From Candidatus Rokuibacteriota bacterium (GTDB lineage: Bacteria > Methylomirabilota > Methylomirabilia > Rokubacteriales > CSP1-6), in the NCBI GenBank assembly GCA_016184305.1, contig JACPCX010000185.1, forward strand, positions 1-64,000: 64,000 nt of DNA, given 5' to 3'. Both the position numbers and the translations under genes were made by a program. The number at the start of each line of letters is the position of its first letter. The first letter of the stretch is position 1. Positions 18,679-28,234 of the stretch are shown one piece after another. A model generated the notes under the pieces. That model was not told the DNA's origin. It was given only the letters and a program-made list of their open reading frames with translations, and did no database searches.

Positions 18679-18975
18679 CTACGTGCCGGTCTCGCGCTCG
18701 TACTTCGTCTTCCAGTCCTTGTTGAGATCCTCGACGCCCGGGATGACCTTGATGGTGCTCCACGCGGCGCGGGCCGCGCCGCGCATGGCGTAGTAGAGGG
18801 TCTCGCTCAGCTCGTCGTCGGTGGCTCCGGCTTGCTTCGCGGCCGCGAAGCGTCCGGGCACTCAGGACGTGCAGCCGGCCGCCGCCATGGCGGCCAGCGC
18901 CACGAGCTGCATGGTCTTGGGGTCGAGGGCCCCCTCCCGGTAATACAGACTCGCGAACTCCTTCATCTCGGCCAT
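18679..18975 (-). CDS. AhpD/carboxymuconolactone decarboxylase-like probable selenoprotein (C-T-S-U)
   Basis: RBS plus ATG. GALDPKTMQLVALAA..GCTS-TGA-VPGRFAAAKQAGATDDELSE reads as one continuous CMD domain, with a hairpin after the TGA. Confidence 0.78.
18821..18861 (-). promoter_or_regulatory. Putative bacterial SECIS element
   Basis: After UGA: GUGCCCGGAC-GCUUCGC-GGCC-GCGAAGC-AAGCCGGAGCCAC. G-first apical loop at +18. Confidence 0.65.
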
Positions 18976-19025
18976 TGGTCCCTCCTGGGTGTGGGTGGTG
19001 GCATGCCGGGTCAGTATACCCCGCG

Positions 19026-19760
19026 CTACAGGTCTCGGACGAGGCGGCGGGCGCGATCCAGGTTCTTCCGGTAGGCGTCGAAGGAGTTCTCGAGCTGCGG
19101 CGGTCGGCCCGATCGGCGGTCGAGCGTGAAGCACGAGAAGGTGATGTCGTGGGCCAGCGGGAAATCCCGGTAGAGATGGCCGGAGACCTTCTGCGGGTTC
19201 TCGGAGCGGGTGATCTCGAAGTCCTCGTGCTCCCGGAGCGGGGGGATGCGCTCCCCGTGCTTGGTCCGCACCCACTTCATCGTGCCCCCGAGGAGGTAGG
19301 AGAGGAACAGGCAGTCCACGAGCATGGACTCCGTCCAGGGGATGGCCTTCTGGTATCCGGCAACGAAGCGGGCGCCGGTGCGGACGAGGAAGTCGCGGGC
19401 CGTGTCCGGCGTCACGAAGTCGCAGGCCCCGAAGATGTAGCCGATGCGGCGACTGAGCCGGCAATGCTCGACGAGGGCGGAGAGCCGGATGACACGGTTG
19501 CCGATGCCCATCAGGGTGCGCCGCTTCCCATGGGAGGCGATGTAGCAAACCTGGAAGGAGGATCGCCGCCGGCGCACCTCCTCCAGGAGCAGGCCCAGGT
19601 CGTAGTTGCTGTAGAAGCGGCGATAGACGAGGTTGACGCGGATGCCCTCCCAGGCGAGTGACTGCTTGATGGCCTTGAGGTAGGGCAGCACCGAGGGCTC
19701 GTCCTCGAGGAGCTGCCCCTGCCGATTCCACATGGACTCCAGCACGACGAGACCGGGCAT
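19026..19760 (-). CDS. Hypothetical protein, CHAT/caspase-like His-Cys fold (DUF6642-like)
   Basis: CYIASHG..YIFGAC..FVAGY..PW pattern. Confidence 0.65.
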   Translation of the reverse strand: MPGLVVLESMWNRQGQLLEDEPSVLPYLKAIKQSLAWEGIRVNLVYRRFYSNYDLGLLLEEVRRRRSSFQVCYIASHGKRRTLMGIGNRVIRLSALVEHCRLSRRIGYIFGACDFVTPDTARDFLVRTGARFVAGYQKAIPWTESMLVDCLFLSYLLGGTMKWVRTKHGERIPPLREHEDFEITRSENPQKVSGHLYRDFPLAHDITFSCFTLDRRSGRPPQLENSFDAYRKNLDRARRLVRDL

Positions 19761-19811
19761 GGGAGGGTCATGGTACCACGCCGAGAATGGGGGCCCATTG
19801 GATGATCGGAG

Positions 19812-19832
19812 ATACAGCCAATTGGCTCTGTA
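19812..19832. promoter_or_regulatory. Palindromic operator candidate in a divergent promoter
   Basis: Perfect AGCCAATTGGCT (19816-19827) within TACAG...CTGTA, upstream of the MocR gene. Confidence 0.45.
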
Positions 19833-19874
19833 CTTTCGTTGAGAGCTGACGAGAATGGCTGGTATGGTGGGGCC

Positions 19875-21410
19875 ATGAGGATTCCTCTCGAACGGGGAGC
19901 AGTCGGGGGTGGGCGAGTCCCGCTGTCCCGCCAGATCCAGAGCCACCTCGAGCGGCTGATCAAGGAAGGGAAGCTGGCCCCCGGCGTCAAGCTGCTGGCC
20001 ACCCGGGAACTGGCGCACGATCTCGGGGTCAACCGGACCACCGTGGCCACGGCCTACGAGGAGCTGATCGCCGCGGGCTGGGCCCGAGCGCATGTGGGGC
20101 AGGGCACCTTCGTCGCGGAGCGGGTGCCGGCCTTCGGGGAGCCGGCCCCCATCAGCGCGCAGAAGCTCGATTGGTCCGGGTTCCTGTCCAAGCGGGCGCA
20201 GGTCGTGGCCGCCGACATGCACCGGCGACGGGCCTACGGCCAGCTCGCCCGGCCGGCCCCCGGCACCATCTCCTTCGCCGGCGGCATGCCCGACAGCACA
20301 CTGTTCCCGACTGACGCGTTCCGCCGGGTCCTCAACCGGGTCATCACCCAGGAGGGGCGAGAGCTGCTCCAGTACTACGCTCCCGGAGGCTACCCGCCGC
20401 TGCGCCGATACCTGGCGGGCTATCTCCTGCGCTTCGGGGTCGAGGCGCGCCCGGAGGAGATCCTCATCGTCAATGGCTCGCAGCAGGGCTTTGATCTCGT
20501 CGCCCGCACCCTGCTCGATCCCGGTGATCTGGTGGCCATCGAGCAGCCGTCCTACCCGCGCGCCATGCAGGTGTTCCGCTCGTTCGGGGCAGCGCTCGTG
20601 CCGGTCCCGCTGACGGAGGCGGGGCTCTCTGTGCCCCATCTGGAGCGTCTGCTGGAGCGCCAGACTCCCAAGCTCCTGTACTGCCAGCCGAGTGCCCACA
20701 ACCCCACCGGGCTCACCATGAGCCTGGCCGTGCGGCAGCGCCTCCTCGAGGTGGCGGCCAGGCACCGGTTGCCCATCGTCGAGGATGGCTTCGATGGGAC
20801 TCTCTTCTATGGCGAGCGCCCCCCGGGCCCGCTCAAGGCCATGGACATGGCGGGACTCGTGGTCTATATCGGGACCTTCTCCAAGATCCTCTTCCCCGGG
20901 CTCCGGCTGGGCTGGATCGTCGCCCCGCCGGCGCTGATCGAGCGGCTCGAGATGGCCAAGCAGCTGGCCGACATCCACACGAGCCCGCTGCTGCAGGCGG
21001 CCGTCTACCATTTCTGCGAGAGGCGGCACCTGGAGCGGCACCAGGCGCGAGCGCTCCGGGAATACGCGCGGCGCCGGGAGACGCTCCTGGACGGGCTTCG
21101 CCGCCTCATGCCGCCCGGGGTCACATGGACCGAGACCGCGGGAGGATTCTCGCTGCTGCTGACACTTCCCGAGGGCCTGGAGACGGCCGCCCTGCTCCCG
21201 CGAGCGCAGGCGCGCGGGGTGACCTTCACGCCTGGCGATGCCTTCTTCATCGACGGCGGGGGCGAACGCTCGCTCCGGCTCTCCTTCTCGGCCGTGCCGG
21301 TGTCGCAGATCGACGACGGGATGAAGCGGCTCGGGGACGCGATCCGGGATCTCGGGCGTCACCCCGACCACGCGGCGCGCGAGCCCGAGCTCTCCGTGCC
21401 CCTCGTGTGA
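19875..21410 (+). CDS. MocR/GabR-family PLP-dependent GntR regulator (PdxR-like)
   Basis: N-terminal winged HTH plus aminotransferase domain GTFSKILFPGLRLGW. Confidence 0.92.
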   Translation: MRIPLERGAVGGGRVPLSRQIQSHLERLIKEGKLAPGVKLLATRELAHDLGVNRTTVATAYEELIAAGWARAHVGQGTFVAERVPAFGEPAPISAQKLDWSGFLSKRAQVVAADMHRRRAYGQLARPAPGTISFAGGMPDSTLFPTDAFRRVLNRVITQEGRELLQYYAPGGYPPLRRYLAGYLLRFGVEARPEEILIVNGSQQGFDLVARTLLDPGDLVAIEQPSYPRAMQVFRSFGAALVPVPLTEAGLSVPHLERLLERQTPKLLYCQPSAHNPTGLTMSLAVRQRLLEVAARHRLPIVEDGFDGTLFYGERPPGPLKAMDMAGLVVYIGTFSKILFPGLRLGWIVAPPALIERLEMAKQLADIHTSPLLQAAVYHFCERRHLERHQARALREYARRRETLLDGLRRLMPPGVTWTETAGGFSLLLTLPEGLETAALLPRAQARGVTFTPGDAFFIDGGGERSLRLSFSAVPVSQIDDGMKRLGDAIRDLGRHPDHAAREPELSVPLV

Positions 21411-21430
21411 GAGCGACAGGAGGATCCCAG

Positions 21431-22594
21431 GTGAACTTCCACACTCTGGCAGCCCGCGGCGGGCGCGACGTGCCCTCGGCCAGCCGCCCACTCACCGCGC
21501 CGATCTACCAGACCAACGTCTACGCCTTCGAGGACATGGAGACGGTGGAGTCAGTGTGGGAAGGCAAGATCTCGGGGTACGTCTACGGGCGCTACGGCAC
21601 CGGCAACCACAGCATGATCGAGGATCTGGTGGCAGGGCTCGAGGGGGCCGAGGCCGCCGTGGCCTGCGCCTCCGGGATGGGGGCGACGACGGCGCTGCTC
21701 CTGGGTCTCTTCGCGGCGGGCGACCACCTGGTGGCGGCGCGGGATCTGTACGGGACCACGGCCTCCTTCCTCACGTCCGAGGGCAGGCGGCTCGGGATCG
21801 AGACGACGTTCGTGGACGCGACCGACGCGGAACGAGTCCTCGGAGCCCTGCGGCCCAACACCAAGGCCGTTTTCGTCGAGGCCCTGTCGAACCCGCTGCT
21901 CCGGCTCGCTGACCTGCCCGTCCTGGCGCCTCTGCTCGAGCGGAGAGGTGTCGAGCTGATCGTCGATGCGTCCATGGCCTCACCGGCCGTCTGCCGTCCC
22001 ATCGAGCACGGCGCCACCGTGGTCATGCACAGCCTGACCAAGTTCATCTCCGGCCACGGCGACGTGACGGGCGGGATGGTGCTGGGCCGCAAGGAGGCCA
22101 TGGGCCGCTGTCGCGAGGCGATGATTCGCGCGGGGACCAATCTCGGGCCCTTCGACGCGTGGCTCGCGGTGCGCGGGGCGCGGACGCTCGGGGTGCGGCT
22201 CGAGCGGCAGTCGGCGACGGCGCTGTCGCTGGCGCAGTTCCTCGAGCCACATCCCGCCGTGGCGCGCGCCCACTACCCAGGGCTCGCGACCCATCCGCAG
22301 CAGGCGCTCGCCAGGCGGCTGATGCCGGGGCCCATGGGCGCCATCCTGTCCTTCGACCTGCGGGGTGGGGCTCTCGCCGTCGGGCGCTTCATGGCGCGGG
22401 CGCGGCTCATGGAGTTCGCGCCGAGCTTCGGAGATGTGGCGACGACCTGGACCTATCCGGCGCGCACGTCCCATCGCCGCGTCTCCGACGAGGACAAGGC
22501 GGCCATGGGGATCGGCCCCGGCCTCGTACGCCTCTCCGTCGGCCTCGAGGACCCCACCGACCTGATCGAGGACCTCACCCAAGCCCTCGAATAG
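21431..22594 (+). CDS. Cys/Met metabolism PLP enzyme (cystathionine gamma-synthase/lyase family)
   Basis: ASGMGA, HSLTKFISGHGD, LVRLSVGLED. Confidence 0.9.
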   Translation: MNFHTLAARGGRDVPSASRPLTAPIYQTNVYAFEDMETVESVWEGKISGYVYGRYGTGNHSMIEDLVAGLEGAEAAVACASGMGATTALLLGLFAAGDHLVAARDLYGTTASFLTSEGRRLGIETTFVDATDAERVLGALRPNTKAVFVEALSNPLLRLADLPVLAPLLERRGVELIVDASMASPAVCRPIEHGATVVMHSLTKFISGHGDVTGGMVLGRKEAMGRCREAMIRAGTNLGPFDAWLAVRGARTLGVRLERQSATALSLAQFLEPHPAVARAHYPGLATHPQQALARRLMPGPMGAILSFDLRGGALAVGRFMARARLMEFAPSFGDVATTWTYPARTSHRRVSDEDKAAMGIGPGLVRLSVGLEDPTDLIEDLTQALE

Positions 22595-22619
22595 CCGTCC
22601 CGGTTGACAGGACGCCCCG

Positions 22620-22678
22620 ATGAGCGCCAGAGGCGCGAAGAGGCCCAACGGCCAAACCGAAGTCATCCACATTCAGGC
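22620..22678 (+). repeat. Dispersed ~59-nt repeat, second copy at 53934-53991
   Basis: ATGAGCGCC..AGGCGCGAAGAGGCC.AAC.GC...CCGAA.TC.TCCACA.TCAGGC is shared by both copies. Confidence 0.8.
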
Positions 22679-22699
22679 AAGATAAAGGAGAACCAAGAC

Positions 22700-23581
22700 A
22701 TGGAAATCGGGACACTGAGGCTCAAGGTAGGACTGGCCGAGATGCTCAAGGGCGGCGTCATCATGGACGTCACCAACGCCGAGCAGGCGAAGATCGCCGA
22801 GGACGCGGGCGCCGTGGCCGTGATGGCGCTCGAGCGGGTGCCGTCCGATATCCGCCGCGACGGCGGGGTGGCGCGCATGTCACCGGTGAAGAAGATCAGA
22901 GAGATCCAGGCGGCGGTCTCCATCCCCGTCATGGCCAAGTGCCGTATCGGGCACTTCGTGGAAGCGCAGATCCTGGAGGCGCTGGGCGTGGACTACATCG
23001 ACGAGTCCGAGGTCCTCACCCCGGCCGACGAGCACTTCCACGTGGACAAGTTCGCCTTCAAGGTGCCGTTCGTGTGCGGCTGCCGCGATCTCGGGGAGGC
23101 GCTCAGGCGCATCGGCGAGGGCGCCGCGATGATCCGCACCAAGGGGGAGGCCGGCTCCGGGAACATCGTCGAGGCGGTGCGCCACATGCGGGCCGTGGTG
23201 TCCGGCATCAAGCGGCTCACGACCCTCGGCCAGGAGGAGCTCATGACGGAGGCGAAGAACCTGGGCGCTCCCTACGAGCTCGTGCGCTGGATTTCCCAGC
23301 ACGGCATGCTGCCGGTGCCGAACTTCTCGGCCGGCGGCATCGCGACGCCCGCGGACGCCGCCCTCATGATGCAGCTCGGCGCCCAGGCAGTGTTCGTGGG
23401 GTCGGGCATTTTCAAGTCCGCGGATCCGGCCGTGCGGGCCCGCGCCATTGTCCAGGCCACGACCCACTTCAAGGATCCTGACATGCTGGCCAAGGTCTCG
23501 GAGGATCTCGGCGAGGCCATGCCGGGCATCGAGACCTCCAAGCTCAAGGAGTCCGAGCTTCTTCAAACCCGGGGATGGTAG
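22700..23581 (+). CDS. pdxS: Pyridoxal 5'-phosphate synthase lyase subunit
   Basis: [32 protein letters not shown]. Confidence 0.97.
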   Translation: MEIGTLRLKVGLAEMLKGGVIMDVTNAEQAKIAEDAGAVAVMALERVPSDIRRDGGVARMSPVKKIREIQAAVSIPVMAKCRIGHFVEAQILEALGVDYIDESEVLTPADEHFHVDKFAFKVPFVCGCRDLGEALRRIGEGAAMIRTKGEAGSGNIVEAVRHMRAVVSGIKRLTTLGQEELMTEAKNLGAPYELVRWISQHGMLPVPNFSAGGIATPADAALMMQLGAQAVFVGSGIFKSADPAVRARAIVQATTHFKDPDMLAKVSEDLGEAMPGIETSKLKESELLQTRGW

Positions 23582-23711
23582 GGCGAGCCGAGGCGTGCCG
23601 CACGACGAGGCGAGCGGACATGGCAATCTCCCCGAGCGGAGCGAGGGGGCGAGCCGAGGCGTGCCGCACGACGAGGCGAGCGGAGAGGGAAATCCCCCGA
23701 GCGGAGCGAGG
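23581..23711 (+). repeat. Tandem pair of ~65-nt hairpin repeats between pdxS and pdxT
   Basis: Copies at 23581-23646 and 23647-23711, each ending CCCCGAGCGGAGCGAGG. Confidence 0.88.
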
Positions 23712-23720
23712 AGGCGAGAC

Positions 23721-24308
23721 GTGGACGTGACGATCGGGGTGCTCGCGCTGCAGGGTGACTTCGACCTCCACCGGCAGGTCCTCGGGCGCATCGGGGTCGC
23801 CTCGGTGGAGGTGCGCAAGCCCGAGCAGCTCGACGAGGTGTCGGGCCTCATCATGCCCGGCGGCGAGAGCACGACACTCCTCAAGCTCATGCGGGCGTGG
23901 GATTTCGTCCCGGCGCTGGAGAAGTTCCACGCGGCGGGCAAGCCGATCTTCGGCACCTGCGCCGGGCTCATCCTCCTCGCCCGTGAAGTGGAGCACCCGT
24001 CGCAGCTCTCGCTCGGCTTCATCGACATCACGGCCGAGCGCAACGCCTACGGACGGCAGAGGGAGTCCTTCGAGACGGAGATCGAGGCCGACCTGGGCCA
24101 GGGGAAGGCGGAGATCAAGGCCATCTTCATCCGCGCCCCCAGGATCCGGCGTCTCGGTCCCGGAGTCACGCGGCTCGCCGAATTCCGCGGCGAGTGCGTG
24201 ATGGCGCGCGAGGGCACCGTTCTGGTCGCCGCGTTCCATCCCGAGCTCACGGACGATGCCTCCGCCCACCAATACTTCGCCGGGATGGTTCGCTCCGCGA
24301 CGACCTGA
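23721..24308 (+). CDS. pdxT: PLP synthase glutaminase subunit
   Basis: GVLALQG, PGGEST, GTCAG, FHPE. Confidence 0.96.
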   Translation: MDVTIGVLALQGDFDLHRQVLGRIGVASVEVRKPEQLDEVSGLIMPGGESTTLLKLMRAWDFVPALEKFHAAGKPIFGTCAGLILLAREVEHPSQLSLGFIDITAERNAYGRQRESFETEIEADLGQGKAEIKAIFIRAPRIRRLGPGVTRLAEFRGECVMAREGTVLVAAFHPELTDDASAHQYFAGMVRSATT

Positions 24309-24432
24309 GCGCGTGGCGCGGGGTCCGCCCGGCCGAGCGCGGACCTCGGGTCACATTCCCGGCCAGCCATAACACCCCGTTTTTCCAACCGCAGTACCCT
24401 CTTGACAACCTTGGGGGCATCCGAGGCATAGT

Positions 24433-24445
24433 GTGGTCGGACCAC
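24433..24445. promoter_or_regulatory. FadR-subfamily-type operator
   Basis: GTGGTC-G-GACCAC palindrome downstream of TTGACA (24402). Confidence 0.6.
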
Positions 24446-24518
24446 CCGACCAATGAACGCCCCGTACCAGACCCGCCGGAACCCCGTTCCGGCCTTGGAA
24501 CCCGCCTAGGAGGCCAGC

Positions 24519-25727
24519 ATGGCGCATTTCACGTGTGAGGTCGTCTACAGGGGCATCTTCCAGAAGAACCTGGCCTCCCGCATCTGCCGCGGCATCGTCC
24601 TGTCCGCGCGCAAGGCGGGCCGCTGGGGCATCGCCTTCGGCCGCTACGGCGACAGCCCGCAGCGCAACGGCATCCCGGCCAAGGACTTCGCCATCGTGGC
24701 GGACAGCCAGGAAGAGCTCGAGCAGAACATGGCGCGCTACGAGCCCAAGGAGGTGGACGTCACCATCTGCGTGGATGACACGCTCTCGAAGGGCGTGGAG
24801 TCCTGGGCGTGGTACGGGCTGCAGCCGATCAACCGGCTGACCCTGCCCAACGGCACGCTCCTGATGACCTCGCTCCAGCCGGCGGACGACCTCCTCAGGG
24901 ACATCCACAAGAAGGACGCGCCCTATGTCTTGACGCTGCTCCGGGCCAAGGCGTCCTTCTCGGGGCTCTGGGTATACCGGGAAGACCACACCGAGGCGCG
25001 GATCCTGGGGGCGCTCTCCAGGATCAAGCCCGACTTCCTGTCCCTCGACGCCGTCTGCCAGGCCATCAAGGACGCGGAGTGGGGCTCCGATCTCAAGGTG
25101 GCCTCCGCCCGCAAGGCCCACGAGCGCCTCGAGACCCGGCCCGTCAACATCACGGAGGGCAATCCGGAAACCCCATTCTCCTTCGAGAAGCCGAAGTGGT
25201 GGGAGATGCGGGAGGGCGCGAGCATCCCGGCGATCCCGGTCGGCAAGCCCATGGAAGGCGGCAAGGGCTACATGCCGGAGCGCAATCCGTACTTCAAGAA
25301 GTTCACGACTCGCACCATGCGACCGGTGATCGATTTCGACAAGTGCGTCAAGTGCACGCTGTGCTGGCTCCAGTGCCCGGACTCCTGCTTCGACGTCACC
25401 CCTGACGACCTCTACGACGCCAACATGGAAGCCTGCTGCGGCTGCGGGGTCTGCGAGGCCGTGTGCCCGGCCAAGGAGTGCATCACCATGGTGAGCGAGG
25501 CCGCCTTCGACGACAACGCCAGCCAGTGGGAGATGTGGCGGAAGGGCAAGGACAAGTACCGGACATGGCTCACCGCGAAGGTGAGCGACAAGGCACACGT
25601 GGCGCGCTCGCACGGCTTCCGCTTCCGCGGGCAGTACGAGCAGGAGCTGAAGCAGGATCTGGACACAGGTGGCATCGCGATCACCTCGGGCATCCCCGGC
25701 GAGAACGCCGCGGCGAAGAAGGCGTAG
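24519..25727 (+). CDS. 2-oxoacid:ferredoxin oxidoreductase gamma/delta fusion subunit (oxalate oxidoreductase delta-like)
   Basis: Gamma-like N-terminus plus CVKCTLCWLQCP and CCGCGVCEAVCP 2x[4Fe-4S] motifs. Confidence 0.85.
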   Translation: MAHFTCEVVYRGIFQKNLASRICRGIVLSARKAGRWGIAFGRYGDSPQRNGIPAKDFAIVADSQEELEQNMARYEPKEVDVTICVDDTLSKGVESWAWYGLQPINRLTLPNGTLLMTSLQPADDLLRDIHKKDAPYVLTLLRAKASFSGLWVYREDHTEARILGALSRIKPDFLSLDAVCQAIKDAEWGSDLKVASARKAHERLETRPVNITEGNPETPFSFEKPKWWEMREGASIPAIPVGKPMEGGKGYMPERNPYFKKFTTRTMRPVIDFDKCVKCTLCWLQCPDSCFDVTPDDLYDANMEACCGCGVCEAVCPAKECITMVSEAAFDDNASQWEMWRKGKDKYRTWLTAKVSDKAHVARSHGFRFRGQYEQELKQDLDTGGIAITSGIPGENAAAKKA

Positions 25728-25728
25728 G

Positions 25729-25846
25729 GACGAGCGAAGCGAGCCGCGAGGCGCGGGCGGGCGACAGCCCGGGCGCCCGCGGCGCAGGGGACAGACGAGC
25801 GAAGCGAGCCGCGAGGCGCTGGCGGGCGACAGCCCGGGTGCCCGCG
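25729..25846 (+). repeat. Direct pair of 53-nt hairpin repeats
   Basis: Copies at 25729-25781 and 25794-25846, 2 mismatches, each starting GACGAGCGAAGCGAG. Confidence 0.9.
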
Positions 25847-25868
25847 CCATGGTGACAAGGAGACCACG

Positions 25869-27033
25869 ATGGCTGTCGAGACCAAGACGATCGCAGCGGC
25901 ACCCGGCGACACGGAGATGCTCATCTCCGGGAGCGAGGCCTGCGCGGAGGCGCTGGCGCTGGCGGACATCGACGTCGTCACTGCCTATCCCATCCGCCCG
26001 TATGACACGGTCATGCAGGCCATCGCCAAGAAGATCGCCAACGGCAAGCTCGTGGCCGAGTACATCGTGGCCGAGGGCGAGCACAGCCAGTTCGAGATCG
26101 TCCATGGAGTGCCTGACGGTCACCCCGCCGCTCCGCGTGCCCATGGTCGCCATGGTGGGCAACCGCGCCCTGGACGATCCAGGCGCCTTCGGCGTCGAGC
26201 ACAACGACGCCCTCGTGGTGCGCGACCTCGGGTGGATGCTCATCTGGGTGGATACGGCCCAGGAGATGCTCGACACGGCGCTCCTGGCCTATCGGATCGC
26301 CGAGGACCGGCGGGTGTTCCTGCCCATCGCCATCTCGGCCGATGGCGCCTTCCTCACGCATTCCCAGGCGCTCGTCCAGGTGCCCACCAAGGCCAAGGTG
26401 GACCGCTTCCTGCCGAAGTACGACCGGGGCGACCTGCAGCTTCATCCGGACAACCCCATCACCGTGGCGCCGCAGGCCAACGAGGACTGGGTCATCGAGA
26501 TCCGACGGCAGAACAACGAGGCCATGACCCGCGCCTATACCGTCATCGAGGAGGCCTACGCCGACTTCCGGAAGGTCTTCGGCCGCGGCCCCGCCGACCC
26601 CTGGTTCGAGGAGTACATGACGGCGGACGCCGAGGTCATCCTGATGGGCATGGGGACCATCTCGCTGCCCTTGAAGGTCGGGATCCGCAACATGCGGGCG
26701 CAAGGCAAGAAGGTGGGGCTGATCCGGCCGCGGTGGTTCCGGCCCTTCCCCACGGAGAAGATGGCGGCGGCGCTGTCGCGGGCCGGCGCCATCGGGGTCA
26801 TCGATCGCGATTACTCGTTCGGCTCGCCCTTCGGCTCGGGCGTGGTCGCCAACGAGATCCGGGCCGCCCTCTACAACGCCGACAAACGGCCGCCGCTCCT
26901 CTCCTTCATCGGGGGGCTCGGCGGGCGGGAGGTCACGCTCGAGGACGTCTACAAGACCGCGGACATGTGCTTCGCCGCCGCCACGGCCGGCAAGTCCGAC
27001 CTCAAGACCCACTGGCTCGGCGTGCGCGAGTAA
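25869..27033 (+). pseudogene. 2-oxoacid:ferredoxin oxidoreductase alpha subunit (OOR-like), frameshifted by a deletion
   Basis: YPIRPY and EGEHSQFEIV in one frame, MECLTVTPPLRVPM..NRALDDP in another. Junction at ~26102. Confidence 0.8.
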
Positions 27034-27045
27034 GGAGGCCTATCC

Positions 27046-28065
27046 ATGGCTGAGGTGTTCACCAACGCGACGCAGGTCCTGCAGGGCTTCAAGGGCGTGA
27101 AGAAGGTGTCCGTGGAGGAGTATTTCACTTCCGGGCACCGCACCTGCCAGGGGTGCGAGTCCGCCCTGGTCATGCGGCTGATGATCAAGGCGGCGGGGCC
27201 GCGGACCATCGTGCTCGGCGCCACGGGCTGCATGTACGTGGCGAACACCACCTACTACACGACGCCCTGGGTGGTGCCGTGGATGCACACCCAGCTCGGC
27301 TCGTCGGGCTCGGCGGCGTTGGGCACCGCCGCCGGCCTGAAGGCGCTGATGAAGAAGGGGAGAATGAAGGCCGAGCCGATCAACGTCATCGCCTTCTGCG
27401 GCGACGGCGGCGGAGCCGACATGGGGCTCGGCGCCATCTCGGCGACGCTCACGCACAAGGAGTACAACTGCCTGATCCTCCTCTACGACAACGAGTCCTA
27501 CGCCAACACGGACATCCAGGCCTCGGGCTCGACGCCCTACGGGGCCAACACCACCTTCAGCCCCCCTGGCTCGGTGAAGCGCATCATGCACAACCGCTGG
27601 AAGAAGAACACCGCCGGCATGCTCGCAGCGGGCCACCCGGAGTGCCGGTACGTGGCGACGGTGGACGCCTCCTACGCCGTGGACATGATGAACAAGGTGC
27701 GGCGGGCGCTGTCCATCGGCGGGCCCACCTTCATCCACTCCTTCGATCCGTGCCCGAAGGGGTGGGACTTCGACCCGATGCTCTCGCACGAGCTCGGCGA
27801 GCTGGCCGTGGAGACGGGCATCTTCCCGCTCTACGAGGTCGAGGACGGCGTGGTGCGCCACTACGGTAAGACCAAGGCCATCGCCGAGGGGCGCCCGCGG
27901 AAGCCGGTGCGCGAGTACCTGCTCAAGCAGGGGCGCTTCGCCCACTTCACCGAGGAGGACCTGGACTACTTCCAGGCGAAGGTTGACGAGATGTGGGAAA
28001 AGTGGGAGATTCCCGGCGTGATCCCGTTCTGGAGGGAGAAGAGACCGGCAGTGCCGATGCCCTAG
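27046..28065 (+). CDS. 2-oxoacid:ferredoxin oxidoreductase beta (TPP-binding) subunit, OOR-like
   Basis: GHRTCQGC, TGCMYVANT, GDGG, YDNESYANT, PCPKGW. Confidence 0.9.
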   Translation: MAEVFTNATQVLQGFKGVKKVSVEEYFTSGHRTCQGCESALVMRLMIKAAGPRTIVLGATGCMYVANTTYYTTPWVVPWMHTQLGSSGSAALGTAAGLKALMKKGRMKAEPINVIAFCGDGGGADMGLGAISATLTHKEYNCLILLYDNESYANTDIQASGSTPYGANTTFSPPGSVKRIMHNRWKKNTAGMLAAGHPECRYVATVDASYAVDMMNKVRRALSIGGPTFIHSFDPCPKGWDFDPMLSHELGELAVETGIFPLYEVEDGVVRHYGKTKAIAEGRPRKPVREYLLKQGRFAHFTEEDLDYFQAKVDEMWEKWEIPGVIPFWREKRPAVPMP

Positions 28066-28087
28066 GTCGATCCGTCAGGACCATCCG

Positions 28088-28127
28088 CAGGGTCGGGCGC
28101 CCGGATCCCCCGGAGCCCGGCCCTGCC
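28088..28127 (+). terminator. GC hairpin after the beta subunit
   Basis: GCAGGGTCGGGC...GCCCGGCCCTGC, no U-tract. Confidence 0.35.
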
Positions 28128-28234
28128 GCCGTACGCAGCACAAGCCCCGTCGCCCACCCCCCCGTCCCGCCGTGCCCGACCTCGGTCGGGGACCTGGCCT
28201 TCAACCCGTAGCGCGACAGCGAGGAGGATCCGGC

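Noticed and set aside
19761..21491. 821-aa ORF 19026-21491 as a single protein
   Set aside because: The upstream ~577 codons are antisense to the MocR gene. Only 19026-19760 looks coding.
23581..23711. Tandem ~65-nt repeats (also 25729-25846) as a CRISPR array
   Set aside because: Only two units each, no unique spacers of typical length and no cas genes.
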